Shown here: positions 35,894-49,660 of the stretch, piece by piece
How the letters are laid out: every line of letters starts with the position of its first letter
Position numbering within the stretch: the first letter of the stretch is position 1
Source: Chlorokybus atmophyticus
Lineage: Eukaryota; Plantae; Mesostigma and Chlorokybus algae
NCBI GenBank assembly: GCA_009103225.1
Contig: RHPI01001010.1
Coordinates: 1-64,000, forward strand
Length of the DNA stretch: 64,000 nucleotides
Direction of reading: 5' to 3'
The notes under the pieces: generated by a model
Told to the model about the DNA's origin: nothing
Databases searched by the model: none
What the model saw: the letters and a program-made list of their open reading frames with translations, nothing else
Position numbers and translations under genes: made by a program

Positions 35894-36255
35894 NCATTAC
35901 ATGAGTATGTTTATGCTTATCCATGCGTGCTGCGTATCAGGCGCTAAATCTTGCTATGGATGCCATGCTGAAGGGTATGACGAAGAGTCCAATGTGGCAC
36001 TGGCTCCCTATCTTATCTATTTATAGAAGCATCAAGCATGTTTGACTTGTAAGGTCCTTTGCACTTTGCAACGCTGTGTGTGCACTTCGACGCTGCATCA
36101 GCGTTGTGTCATCAGTGGTCTGCACCGCGCACCCAACGGTCTTGGCTGATGCTGTACTTAAGCCCCTGCAAATGCAGATGTGTGTACACAACACTCATCA
36201 ATGATGATGTAGTAATTTGTAAGCGGTGCAACAACAACAACGCTGTCAGCCTTAC

Positions 36256-37595
36256 CTTGAATGGCTCCGTGACGTACCAACTCACGGGGATGCTTACTTG
36301 TGGGACCAGCACGTCGTCGGTCTTGTTCATGAGCGCCGTATCGCGGCTCGGGTCGATCATGTACATGTACACCTGAGGTGAGATAAGGTGATATGAGGTG
36401 GGTGTGACTTTGACTTTGAGATAAAGAGCAGGAGGAGCCTGTGGCTATGGCTAACAACGTACACTATACGCGCACAACAACAACAGGTGTGCACTGTAGT
36501 GTTGGTGATACGCTTGGAATTGGAACAACAGTATCATCGACACTACATGGCTGTGCAGTAGCGAGCGCCGCATTCACTTGTTGGTTGTTGGCCAACAACC
36601 CTTCACCTCAAGGTTATGATAGGCTCCAAGGCGTTAAGCCCCCCCATCCCAGAGGTGTTGGCTGAGCTTCCTCCATCTTTGCCATACTTGTACCTCGCGT
36701 CCAACATCATATTGCGGGTGAGCGAGTAGCCTCCATGACGGTACCTGTTGTTGTTGTCAACATTGTCACTCAGTATATATATATATATATATATATATAC
36801 ATAGTCCGTAATTGACACGCAACTAACTCATAGTCATGTGCGCTTACGTGCTGATGCCAATGAGGCTGCCGAAAGGTACCTGCACGTATATAGGAGCAAC
36901 AGAAAAAATGAAGTGCATTAAGCCAGAGAGACTCAGGTGCATCAGTGGTCAATTGAAGTATGAAGGAGTTGTTGTTTGCAAAAAGAAGGATTGACACTAC
37001 TACTGAGTGATAATAATTACCTTGGGGACGACATCTGTGGAGTTGACGATACGCAGCATCCTCAAGGTGGTTGGCTGGCGCAGCACAGAACACAGTTGAG
37101 TTGAGCTCCACACAAGGCCAACAACGGACTCGCAATGCATCTACAAAGGACCTGGTATGAGAGTGCACAACTCAAGTCAACACACACATATACACGCACG
37201 CACGCACGCACACCTTTGGCATCGTTGAAAGCGTGAGAAACAGCATCTCCGCAGAAGGCGAGCCTTGCCACAAGAAAGCCAAGGAGGTCAGCACCTGATC
37301 AATGCGCACGCACGTCGGTGTGAGTAGATCATCATCTTATCACAACTCGAGCAGAACAGAACTGTTACCGACACAAACACACACACAAGCACACACAGAT
37401 ACACCTTGTCTCCGGTAGCTGCCGCGCTCAAGATAACAACAACGGACCAGAAAGCCCAACTGTAGGTGTCGACGAGGGCCGATGATGGCATGCTGTTGAT
37501 GCTGCTTGTGGAAAATGGCGTTGTACAGCTTGTAGTTGATGAGTTTGTCTGCCTTGGAAGGCAAGGTGAGGGTGGTAGAGGGAGACATCTTGAAT
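36256..37595 (-). CDS. 3' part of the same lipase, lying in inverted orientation
   Basis: Minus-strand exons LRMLRIVNSTDVVPK|VPFG, YRHGGYSL and VYMYMIDPSRDTALMNKTDDVL..PVSW are the C-terminal motifs missing from the plus-strand part. Confidence 0.75.
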
Positions 37596-37625
37596 CTGAT
37601 GCAGAGAAGAGAGAGCGAGAGCGAG

Positions 37626-37855
<230 letters not shown>

Positions 37856-39734
37856 CCCTCCCCCGAGTTCCTCTCAACCTTCAACGTTTGTGAGTTCTGT
37901 CACAGAACTCACAACCCAGTAGAATGGTTCTATTGGGTTGCTGACTTGTTGCTTTGTGGCCGAACAACTGGGGGTGCAACACTCTATTGCGTAAGGTTTT
38001 GGGTGCATGGCCTCGCCTGCCTCCGCTTTCTCTTATAACCCTACTTGGCTTGGCCAATCATTCAAGTCATTCAACAAGCTCCTTGTGACCAATCTTCACG
38101 GACTGCTGCTGATAGGCTGGGTTTGGTCCAGCCGCAGGCAGTGGTGTGTCACAGCCAGTGGATAGTGTATCACACTGCATCAGCAGTTTTGTTGCTCTTC
38201 CTCGCTGGTGTCCTTTGGGGAGCGTTAGGCTCACCATTCATTCAACAGTGGTGTCATTTGGCACACCTTCATGCATGTCAAGCTCTTATGATGCACGTCG
38301 TGGACCACCACCTCTCTGTTTCTCACTGGGAAAAGTGGTGGTACGCATCAACACGCATCAGCAAGGCACACGAGTCCTGTGCGCATTGCAAGCAGAGGAG
38401 GAGAGCATGTCAAAAACTTTTGACTTCGTGAGCCATGCCTTCGAGGGACTGCTCTGCACTGTGATAGCAGCAATGGTTTGTTGCTGAGAACCATCATGAT
38501 GCATTTCGGTCAAGTGGCTGCGGCCCTAAGCACAGGAGACCAACCCAAGCCAAGCCGCCTGCTTATGTTAGTAATGACGACTAGCAACAACAACAACCCC
38601 TCATGTGGAATAGATACCTTATTCGCCAAGCCCTACCCTTAACAGGGACAGTACAGGTTGGCCCCCCGACATGCAAATGTATCAGGTGGGCACCACAACC
38701 ACTCATCGATGTGGAATGCGCACCAACGCACGCATGTGTGAATATATGCGCGTGCAAGTGCACATTTCGAACATCAGTGGATACACATGTACACATCCAT
38801 GTGCGCACACATGTTGACACGCTCACGCAGGTGCATGCGCACTCGCACGAAACCACGCACACGCACGTGCACACAAGCGCTCATTGGTTGCCTGAGTATA
38901 CGCACATGTGCAGACTGGGGGGCTTGGACAACAGCAGCTCTTGTTGCTCCATCATGAGGGGCCAACGCAAAGTGCCCTAAGGGACCATAAAAGCACTGCC
39001 GGACGGCGCATGCACGTGCGGGGTGATAGGCATTGGCAACCCGCTGCAACAACAACCGCAACAACGACAGGTCTTGACAGGGTGAAGCCAAGCCAAGCAA
39101 AGAGGACCTCACCTGCAAGACTGTGGAGATGTCGTGCGTGTGCAATAGCAGCAAAACCTGCAATGGAGAGGAATACTTCATTGCTCCTCCTCCTCCCCCG
39201 AAAGCATTTGGTTGAGCGGCATGACAACAAGTTGTGCACACGCAAGTAGCATGATGCTTCCTATGTTGGCGTAAACAAAGCAAGCAGGCTGTACCAAGGC
39301 TGTGTAAAGGCTCCCCAACGAGCCTTGCGAAATTGTAACACCCCAAATGCAAGATACATGTAGCAGCTGTTTTTCAGTGAGGTAGGTGTATGTGACCGCA
39401 GTTGAGTAGCTAGCACATCATGTTGCTGTGTGCTTTAAGTGCACAACTCAAGCTGCACGTGAGATGCAACCTGCTGTCATGTGCGTGCACGTGACCTCTC
39501 AAACACATGTGCACAAGTCACAACATAGCAAGACCAAGCAGGCAGGAGTTGAGCGGGCACATAAACGCTGCTTAGCACAGGCACTGCATTATGCCTGTTG
39601 GAGTGTTTATTAACACTAGACCGAGTGTGACCACATACACTCGCACGAGGTACACAACACATACGGGTCCGTACACAACATACACCAATATACTACCCCT
39701 TTACCTACTCCCATTCTTACCATTTGCACGCAAA

Positions 39735-41200
39735 TTATCTCAGCAGCTTCCTGTTGCCAGAGCTCTTTGCCAGGCCACAAATGACACCTTCAGCAGCGCT
39801 TCCACCAGGCGTGTGAATGAGGACACTTCTTGGCACAATCTTGGCCGAGGCAGGGAAGGTCAAAGTGTACGTGACCACAGTGTCCCATGGGTTCTCGAAA
39901 CCCCACATAAACTGTATGAACTTCACGCCATTGGAGGACACGTTGTCCACACTTCTGCCAGGAGCTTTGGGACCCCACTCGATGTTGTTGAGAGATGAGT
40001 CTATTTGCACCGCAAACTGGTCCAGCTGGAAGGGGTCCTGGTTGTATTCTTCTAGCAACCCGCGCGTGATGATGTATGTGACGGTTGTTGTGCCCGCCGA
40101 CGGAGATGTTGTCACGGCCGTGTCGATGAAGAACATCTTGAAGCCCGCAGGAAAGGCAAAGTGGGGGTTGCAGTTGGACTGAGCGGGTAAGAGAGCGGGG
40201 AGTGAGGGTGCGGGCGATGGCGTGAACACGTCTTCTGAGGGAGGAGGGGGAGGAGGAGGAGGGGGAGGAAAGAGTAGAAGAGAGGGAGGTGAACTGTCGG
40301 GTACAACAACTGCATTGGTCGTGCACGATATGCCACAGATGGAACCCACGAAGATGGCGCCGTTAGAGGTCTGAATCTGGAAAGGTACAGCGGACACACT
40401 GCCGGAAGGGAAGTCAATCCAGTAGTCCACACCCATTGCACCAGGCGCGATACCAAAGTTGAACTGCGGTGACACACAGATACACATCAGAGAAATCAAA
40501 CTGCCAACAACCTGTATCAATCAATAGAACAACATGGGACACACGCACAAGCACGTGCACACACAACAATGACAACGCTCATTCACTCATGCACCCATCA
40601 ACAAACAAGCCAAACCCAGCAACAACACATACGCAAAACCACACACACCTGGAAGTACATGACGTCGTTGATCATAAGTGTGTTTGCGCTCTGGCTGTTC
40701 CCCTGCGGTCCCCATGAGACGGCTGTTGGGTCCGCGTCGACACAATTGCCAACAGCCACCTTAAAATAGCCCACGTCGGTAGTCTTGCCGGGGACAGTCA
40801 CAAAGGACCACGTTGCGCGCATCATGCCATTGCCGAGACTGCGCGATGAAGTTGTCATCCAAAAGGCCTGTTCGCCCGCCGTCTGCTCGTACTCAGAGCT
40901 GCATACTGCAGAAAGAGAATGGTGTTATCAGCGTGCACACAAGCAGCATGTTGGGTTGTCTACCACTCTGTGCTGAGCATGCGTTGTCCTCACTGTTACG
41001 TACCGGCATCTTGGGCGTGTATGGAGGCAAAAGCAAAGCCTGCATAGATTGACAGCCCAGCGTTAGCCTTGCTGTGTATACCCTCACATACAGGTTGACG
41101 CATGAAGCTGACAAGCAACAAACGTTTTACCCACCTGCAAGTAGGCAGAGTGTAGTCAGCACCGTCGTCATGAAGCTCCTCATTGTAGATTTGTATGTGT
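39735..41200 (-). CDS. Pro-rich-linker protein with two copies of a beta-rich domain, probably extracellular; function unknown
   Basis: Exons near 41190-41137, 40903-40651 and 40470-39735 join in frame. Repeat units VSWGPQ..YFQFNFG..VDYWIDFP..GSICG and IEWGPK..FIQFMWG..VTYTLTFP..GVICG flank a polyproline run. Start not resolved. Confidence 0.6.
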
Positions 41201-43309
41201 GTAACCTTTGAACAAATTGGAGAACCTGCGCTGGCAAAGTTGTACAAAGAGTGAGCTCTACAAGTCAGAAATGTGCAAATACCCTTCAGAGTGACAATGC
41301 TGCAAGCGCAATTACCGTAACCCGAGCAGCTGTTTCTGTCTTTCTTTGAAGTTTTATCCAACTTTGACCCTTTACCTTTACAGAAACTCAGCCGTCACAC
41401 ACCTGAAATGCAAACAGAGTTGGTATATCTCTCACTGCCTTCAGGGGAAGCTTTGGGACTGATCCTCATCAGGCAAACAACACATTGTCCTCTTGAAACA
41501 GTGAACTTCATTCTAGACCTCTACACACACCACCAGTAGCGCAAGGCATGCCAAACACATGTGGTGGAAACTGCCTTGTTGCCACAGGTCAGGTGAGAAG
41601 CCCCAAGGAACCATGCATGCATGCAGCTGGCTACCCAACAGACAACCATCTGCATCATTCACGCAAGCATTCTCGTCATCAAGTAGACATGGCTCTCATC
41701 CCATGCTCGAGACGCATGAAACATTGACCAACCAAGCACAGCAGGCTTCAGCACACGTCAACACACCAGCGAAGGTCAGGCCTGCGACGAAGAAATCAAC
41801 TGCAAGCCGGCGGCAATAATTGATTGCCTCACCGAGAAGATGGGTAAGTCTTGAATTCCTTCGTCGCCGTCGCCGTCGCCGTCGCCGCCGCCACTACTTA
41901 CCTGCTGGACAGCAATACCCAAGACGATCGCTTTGAACAGTTCATATATACATGGGCCGAGTCGCAACGGTAGGGAAGGGTTTGAAAACGCGATCGGGAT
42001 TCAACAAGTCGAGACCGCTTTTTTCGTATGTCATAAACGCGTCGAGCGTCACGAGTCACGACCCATGATAAAGACTTTCGTAAGCGTGGTTGAGTGTACT
42101 TTCTGTGCGGGGGTGAAGTTGGGCAGCTTGATGAGGACTTTAAGTCATCGTTTTTCGAAGAGATCAATGCGACGGAATCTGACGGCGCTCTGCCTGGATC
42201 CGGATCTATTGAGCCGTTAGAGATGCGAGGCCCGTTTCACCATTTGAAATTTGCCTGGCGGCATTTGAAATTTGCCTGGCGACAAACTGACGCACATGCC
42301 ATCTGGCAATCATACGCTGATGCAGTGGGTACATGTAGCGGCGCATAATGCGCGGCGCAATGAAGGTGTTACCGTGTTTACTGCATTACATAATGCATCT
42401 ATCCTACCATCTACCCCAACTCTTCACCAATGTGTCTAACACAATGTCATGACAAAGTGGAGCGGGTGGGAGTTACATCAGGTAGACTCTCGCAATTTGG
42501 ACAATATTTACTTTGATAGCTTCAACAACGCATGCTATATAGTAATAGCAACCCTTAAAAATAAAGATTGCATTGCTCGCATTTAACATGGCATATGCGT
42601 GTGACCCAAACACTACACCCACATGGACTTGTTCGGTCGATTACTTACTTTTGCGTGCACTCATTTGCTCTGGCGGGCATAAGCAAGTTGATGCAAATTC
42701 CCTTCAACCCTTGTCCAACAACATTATTTAACCACCTTATGTTGTTGCACAGCAGCTTCATCAAACGAGCTCATGATTGCCCGCTTTTCATATACCCACC
42801 ACGTTACAAATTTTTTAAAAACATACTAGGATGAGCATACTATACACGATAGGGTAGAGCTGCCTTATTTAGCCACTCGCCTTAAATTGGCCAATATACG
42901 GTTTTTACCAAATGTCTTGTGATCCCCTGCAGCAATGGCGGTTAAACTTATAGGTCAGGTATATACAAGTGTAAGACACACTTAAACCAAGCTTGAAGGC
43001 AAGCGGACAAGTGCGGCGGCAGATTTATACTTTTAAAGAGGTGTTAGAATTAATTGTTGGGCTGCCTCATTTCACTACCGTACTTTGGTAATTAATAGCC
43101 TCTGCATATGAATAGGGAATGGGGGTTTTCCTACATGTTCTGAAGGTAATAGAGATCTTATTTCTCAAGGTTCATAACAATTGGATGTGAATTGCAACAA
43201 TTTCCTGTCACACATTTTGCATGTATTGCGTAAGCAAGTTTGAGTGTGCCTTTGTGGTGGGAAAGACTACAAATGCCGTGGGAAAGGTGTTAATTGCTGT
43301 ACTTTGCTT

Positions 43310-43663
<354 letters not shown>

Positions 43664-43969
43664 AGGCAGGTNGACAAGACTGCAGCAGTATGGAGGTGAG
43701 GGAAGTGGTATGTAAGTGCAGCGTGTGTAAGGCAGGCAGGCAGGCAGGCAGGCAGAGTTGCACACAGTTATAGCGTTGCATTACAAAAAGGTTTGCTACT
43801 GTTAACTACCACGACGGCTGGCTATCTATGGTCGCCTCTACAAGCAGGGTGGGTGGCTTGTTTGACTGCACAATTTTGGCATCATTGCGGCATGGCTGCT
43901 CAGACCCCTGCTCGAGCAAAAAAGCAAAGAGTCTACAGAAACTACTATTAAATGTAGTACATCGTCGGC

Positions 43970-44457
43970 ATGCCTGACGTTCAAAGGGTAGTGCGCGCCA
44001 TCGGCAAAGGCTGTATAAGCATTAGCGACCCACAATCTGAAATTGGCATCCCCAGGACTACGCTCCGCCGCTACTGTGCAAATCCAATTCTGCTGGACAA
44101 GTACAGGTGAGTAACGGGTTGTGAATGCACGTGCTGATTGTGCTGATGCATATGCACAAATGAATGCGTGTGATATGCATGCAGGGGTGCTGATCATGCA
44201 ACGCTGTTTGATAAAGAGGAGGAGGAGTCACTTGCACGGTTTGTTATCAGCCGCAACAAGTGTGGAAGAGGGGTGACGTGGACCGAAGTATGTATTGAGG
44301 CTAGCAAGAGGTTAGCAGGAGATGAGCGTGCCAAGCTGTGCGCAATAGGCATACCTGGGAAGAAGTGGTGGCAAGGTTTCAAGCAGAGAAGGCGGCTCAC
44401 CTCTCGTAAGGCTGAGGCGTTGGACAAGGCCAAATGATGTGCATTGAATCGGGATGT
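43970..44457 (+). pseudogene. pogo/Tigger-like transposase, N-terminal part (psq-HTH and CENP-B-type HTH)
   Basis: GIPRTTLRRY; intron 44107-44184; LFDKEEEESLARFV..PGKKWWQGFKQRRRLTSRKAEAL..LNRDV, ending at the insertion site. Confidence 0.8.
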
Positions 44458-44639
44458 CGGCGCAAAATGTTTCCCCTGCCGGCCGACCAAACATTGGTAA
44501 CGGCCGTGCACCTGAAGATGCATAATTAGACTGTCGTGGCTCAGTCTACCTGTAATCTCAATACAGAGACCTAAGTACATTATATATACATATATATTAT
44601 ATAACTTATGGTACCTACGTACCTATTGTCAGGCCCTTC

Positions 44640-44970
44640 CCTTTACAATGCAGTCTTTAACAGTTGACTATGCCTAATTAACAAGCACCTGTCGGTTACT
44701 TAAAAGGCCTTAATAGGTGATTAGACCTAATCAATGGGAACCTGTAAGTTACACATCAGGCCTTAACATGTGACTATACATAATTAACAGGCACCCGCAA
44801 GGTACACATTAGTCAAAACCAAGGTGACTCAGCCTATGTGACAGGCACCTGCAGGTTACACACTAATCCAACGCAGGCGATTGAGCCTAATTCACAAGCA
44901 CCAACTAGGTAATTGTCGACAAGATAGGGCATTCTTCAAGCAACTGAAGGTGATTGATGCCTAACTGTCG
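44640..44970. repeat. Degenerate subterminal tandem repeat, about 53-bp unit, 5-6 copies
   Basis: Recurring GACTATGCCTAATTAACAGGCACCTGCAGGTTACAC-like unit near 44677, 44730, 44781, 44837 and 44890. Confidence 0.6.
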
Positions 44971-45265
44971 TATATGTATTTGCATAGCATGACTACACGC
45001 GACTGTCACTAACTGCCAGCATTGTTATGTGCATGTGCTATGTACAGGTACCTGAGGTGTGTACAGTATCTCTCAATTACTTGCCAAGGCTTGTAGTTCA
45101 AATATGTGACTTGAATGCCTGCAGTTCTGCTGTATATCATCGAGATGCAAGTTTTTACATGCATGAGCCTAATGACGATTGACTGAGCTGCTTTAAGATG
45201 CACAACACTAAGTCACAAGAGCCTTGCAGCTGTGTACACTACAGCTAAACGGACTACCAACTGCG

Positions 45266-45685
45266 CTACAGCTCCTGTCCATCCTCGCCTTGCACGTCAT
45301 CATGGAATAAAGCACCACGCGCTGGGGAATGTAGAGGAGACGCCGGAGCTTGCTCTTCCTCCTCCTCAAACGGTTGCGCCAACCAATGAAATGCCGCTTC
45401 TGCCTCAGCGAGCGGGTTACGAGCTGCTGTCTCTTGCGGCCGGCGCCGATTGAGATCTTTTAGGTATTTTAGACAAGATGCAGTGCGGCGTTTCACAAGG
45501 GTGAATGGCTGGAGGGCTGCGTACCGTTGCCTCATCTCCCGCTTCATTAACATGATCATGGTGTTAATCTCGCCGAGGTACTTTTCATGTGTGTTGATGC
45601 TAGCAGCTAGAAGAGGGTCTCCACCCTTTAAGATGCGCTCCACCTGCGTAGTTTGCAGGCATGTCTTAGTGGCATTGAAAGCCAC
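45266..45685 (-). CDS. Hypothetical intronless ORF
   Basis: 139-codon ORF directly downstream of the LamG-like gene on the same strand; no motif recognised. Confidence 0.35.
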   Translation of the reverse strand: MAFNATKTCLQTTQVERILKGGDPLLAASINTHEKYLGEINTMIMLMKREMRQRYAALQPFTLVKRRTASCLKYLKDLNRRRPQETAARNPLAEAEAAFHWLAQPFEEEEEQAPASPLHSPARGALFHDDVQGEDGQEL

Positions 45686-45750
45686 TATTTACTGCTGCGC
45701 GTCTGCAAGCCTGTAGTTTTGGGCTACAGCAATCCTGATATGCTAGTGAT

Positions 45751-47552
45751 TCAGTTCATAGTGCTCACCGTAAGCATTAGGTATGCGAGGTGGTTGATTG
45801 CCAACTGCCGGCGACCAGGTGTAGTGACGGCGGCCAGCCCCGCAGAGCTGAGTCTGAGTTCCAGGGTGTAGTCGGACATTCCAACCGGCAATGCCGTGGT
45901 GCTGAGCGCGCGGAAGCAGTAAGACATTACGCTAGATGGCGATGCCTGGTACACAAGAGCCTTGGGACTTGTGGGTGTGTACACCGCCAGCGAGTTGCCG
46001 ACAGTTCCGCTGAGCGCGCGCACCTTTGTCCACGTGAGGTAATTGTTGTTGCCGGACAGATTGTACCAGACGCTGCCCGATCCAGAGTAGCTGCAGAACA
46101 GTTCCGCGTCGACGCTGAACACTACGGGCCCACCCAGGGCCACGGAGGTCTCGCCAACCACGCCGCTGTAGTTGCCAGGCGCGAGGTCCTGCCCCACTGC
46201 GTACATGTAGTCGTTGCCTCCTAGCGCCAGGCCGCTGAAGGTGACTGCACCTGTGGCTGAGGATGCGCTGGCTACTACACCAGATGTCGCCCCGCCCGCC
46301 TTCACCTGACCCGTTGTGGGCGCGATCTACTGTGGCGTGGGGAACAGGATGGCGTACAACGTGTAGTCAGATGGCACGTTCGTCACGCTGTACGTCGCCG
46401 TGACAGAGCTCGCGCTGTTGACCGCAACTGTTGGGCCCATCACCACGGGCTTGGTGGAGAAGAACTGCAGCGCGCTGCCCTCGATGCCCGCGCGCGTGCC
46501 AGCGGCCTGATGGTCATCCTGGCGCGAACACCAGCTCAAAAAGGTCTCCGTCCAGGGTGTCGCTGCCGATGCCGTAGCCCACGACGGTGATCGCGCCGCT
46601 GGTGGACATGCTGGTCAGTGCGGGCGTGCTGCTGGCCTGGTGTGTCAGTGTGCCGTTGAGGTACATGCTGGAGGTGGCCTGGGAGCCAGCGGGGAGAACT
46701 TCTGTAAACACCTGCCTGGCGGCCGTGACGGTCACGCTCGAGGCATTGTTGTTGTACGCCCCGCTGTAGGTCCCTCCACCAAAGTAGTGCGTGAACTGCG
46801 CCGCGGTGTTGGTCCAGAACTCGTAGGTGGCGAAACTAGAGCCCCCCACCCCCGTGCCTCCCAGCCAGAAGGACCGGCCGAGAGCGGTGCTGTGCCTCCT
46901 CTGGCACACATACGTTGTGGCTCCCGAGTAGTTGGCCGTGGTGTACAGTGTGTTGCTTGCGGCCGTCGTTGTCAAGACGTTGGCCGTGGCCGCCGACGAG
47001 AAGGTCACCGATGGCAGAGAGTACACAGAGTCGCTAATGGCGAACGCGGGCTGCTTTGCTGGTGCTCTGGCCGATGTGGCGGTTGTTTCCAGACTGGTCG
47101 TACCGAGTGGCCACGTACCCAGCGGCAGCGCCCAGCCACGCAGAAACCTCCTGGGAACTCAGAGCGCCTTACGTGGAACTTGCGTAGAAGTCCTTGGTTG
47201 CGTTGATGGTGCCGTTGCGCAAGTTCACGACGGGCCCTGCGTACGCGCTCCTCAGCCTGCGAACGGAGTACACAGCCACCAAGCTGGTGGGTGTGTACTC
47301 CGCCGCGTTGCGCGAAGCCGCGCGATGGGCCTCCAGGGCGTCTTCACCCTGCACCCAGCGGTCGTAGAGGCTGCTGTTATCGTTATGCTGGTCTATAGCG
47401 TGCAAGACACAATAAGCTCCCTTAACGTTTGCAACGACCTGAGGATGCAGTGCAGCTAGGTTAGCCTGGGCTTGCGCGCTCGCAGGCGGTTCGGCGCGGG
47501 GCGAGGCCCTGTGCAACCTTGGGGGGGCACGGGTACCCCTTGGCGTTTGCAC
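45751..47552 (-). pseudogene. Virus/phage-like beta-rich protein with two concanavalin-A/LamG-type modules (stops and frameshifts)
   Basis: AVYSVRRLRSAYAGP..DFYA..YDQSGNNRH, YLNG, GDLFELV, and FSVDA..SYSGSGSVWYNLSGNNN; Ser/Thr/Gly/Ala-rich; no introns evident. Confidence 0.65.
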
Positions 47553-47783
47553 CTGGTAAAGCCTGGTTCATGGCGTTGGTCTGTGAAACATGGGGCGAGG
47601 GTTTGCAATTGGGTACCCATGGGTACTCTGTGTCGGTCATGACACCACTACATGTATCTGATGATTATAAAGCAATGTATTCTACCGCACGTTTGACGTG
47701 CTTTCTAGCAAACAAGGTGATGGCCCAGGACATAGCACCCACCTAAGGCCTCGAGCGCCACTCCAAGAGATGCTTGTGACACA

Positions 47784-48251
47784 ATGCTGCGTGCTGTTGC
47801 TGGTATGGCTGCTGCCTATGCGGGGGCGTTCGTGTTTGTTGCAGGGACATATCCGGTGCGACCAATGCACCTCGTCCTGCGCATACTTGTAAGCTTGGCC
47901 GGCAATGCCGTCCGTGTACCTTTCACATCAGGAGTCCGCTATCGCGCGATGATTTGCAATCAGATTGGTCACATTGTTGTAGCGCGTATTCTCATGGCTC
48001 CGATGTACCCGTATTACAAGGTCGAAGACCCAATGGTGTGCGCTCTATTGGTAATTGTGGCGTTTACGGGCATGAGCATTTTGGCTCTGAGTGTGGCAGG
48101 GACGCTGATTGTTGTTGCGCCCATACTTGCGTTGGCAACGATTGCGGCGGGTGTGTGGGTCGCTTCAAATGCATGGGGCGCCGTGCAAGCCACGCAAAGG
48201 CAAATGGCGGCGATCGTGTGTTATTTTAGTCGTAAAGTACATCGAGCGTAA
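47784..48251 (+). CDS. Small multi-pass membrane protein, intronless
   Basis: Intact ATG-to-TAA ORF of 155 aa with several hydrophobic segments. Confidence 0.5.
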   Translation: MLRAVAGMAAAYAGAFVFVAGTYPVRPMHLVLRILVSLAGNAVRVPFTSGVRYRAMICNQIGHIVVARILMAPMYPYYKVEDPMVCALLVIVAFTGMSILALSVAGTLIVVAPILALATIAAGVWVASNAWGAVQATQRQMAAIVCYFSRKVHRA

Positions 48252-48693
48252 ATTGCGGACTGATAGCTTGTAATAATCAGGACATCAACGCCGCATGGTA
48301 CCCTAACTTGATGCCTACGCGAGACCATTGAGCGCCTAAGCAAACTAGCCCAGCCAGACCGGCTGCTTACCAGCCCCTGTAATCTAGCCAGTATCCCAGA
48401 TTAATTCCCATCATGTCGATGAGCCTTATCATTGTGTACATTGCGAAAGATGTTTGTACGGCTTGCGCGCAACCGATCTTCTGCCCATCGATGACGACTT
48501 GAGCGGCATGTACAGGATTTTAAAGACCTTCGACACGACGCCCGAACGGACACAGTGGCTGAGAGACATCGCTGCCGAGGTCTGCGCGGTGCCAGACTCA
48601 ACGACGCCTTTCACAAAAGAGGCGCACGACTGGCTGTGTCGGTTGGCTGCGCAGGTCTAGGCACAGTGCCCGAGAGGCGTGCGTAAATTTGCC

Positions 48694-49660
48694 CTAATGC
48701 CGCAGAAAGCCATCCAGGCGATCTCTATTCCCATTAACACTACGATCCTGAGAGGCCTGGTTGTCTCTGCCCACAATCTCTCGGCCAAGGCCATCGCTCT
48801 CGTTGATAGGGACCAGCTCTGACAAAGCGTGTTCAAGGTCGACTCGATTGTGAAGGGCAAGAGGGCGTTTGAGCATTTGGTCACGACCGGCGTCGCCATA
48901 CGCCTTCTCTGGCTCATCGCTGAACTCAAAGGCAAAACCACCCATGAATTCTGGGAACTCCTTTGACTCGAGCATGTCGACCACTGTTTGCGTGATCACG
49001 CGGATGCACTCCTCCTGCGTGTGGTCATGGTCTTCTTCCGCACTGCACCTCCCGTACTCACCGATGCACAGGGGGACCGTGGGGCAGCACTTGAACCAGT
49101 CTCTCACCACGTTCTTGACGGTCTGCCCGTGCAGACTGGTGGGCTCCACAAAGTACATGTTGATCATGGCGAAGTAGCTGCTCACGCCTGCGGCCCGCGC
49201 CATCTTTGCGGCGTCTATCTGGGCCGCAAACCCTGGGTCTAGGACCGTGCACACCGTGACCGGGAGCACCGCCAGCCTGCCAACCAGCTGCAGGGCGGGC
49301 TCCATGCGGTCCCGGTTGTACGCGGGGTCGTGCATGTACTTGTTGGTCACTACGAAACCCGCATTGGCCGGGTGACTCTTAATCTCGTACACGATGTCCG
49401 CTATGGCGGCATCCATGTCGTGGCTGACAAAGTAGTTGCATATGGGTACTAGGGTCTTGAGGCTCAGCGCGTGGCAGCGGTCAAGGAAGCTGATGTAATT
49501 GAAGGCGTCGTTGAAAGTGTAGGTCCTCACGCAGTTGGCGTGCAGCTTGTTCCTGATTGTACCCAGGTCGTTGCGGCCCGCGAAGGTGCCCTTGCCCATG
49601 TTGATCCTGCCCCACTCTCTACCCAGGGGCAGTATATGATGTCACCGATGGCATTTTGCA
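48694..49660 (-). pseudogene. Clan-A glycoside hydrolase (GH2/GH5/GH72-like TIM barrel), intronless
   Basis: NDLGTIRNKLHANCVRTY, VVTNK (NE acid/base position changed to K), LCIGEYG nucleophile, GGFAFEFSDE; frameshifts near both ends. Confidence 0.65.

Noticed and set aside
42241-42282. 20-bp direct repeat CATTTGAAATTTGCCTGGCG x2
   Set aside because: Simple local duplication with no further structure.
48403-48660. Small CxxC ORF between the membrane protein and the hydrolase
   Set aside because: No in-frame ATG and no recognisable family; counted only as part of the cargo block.
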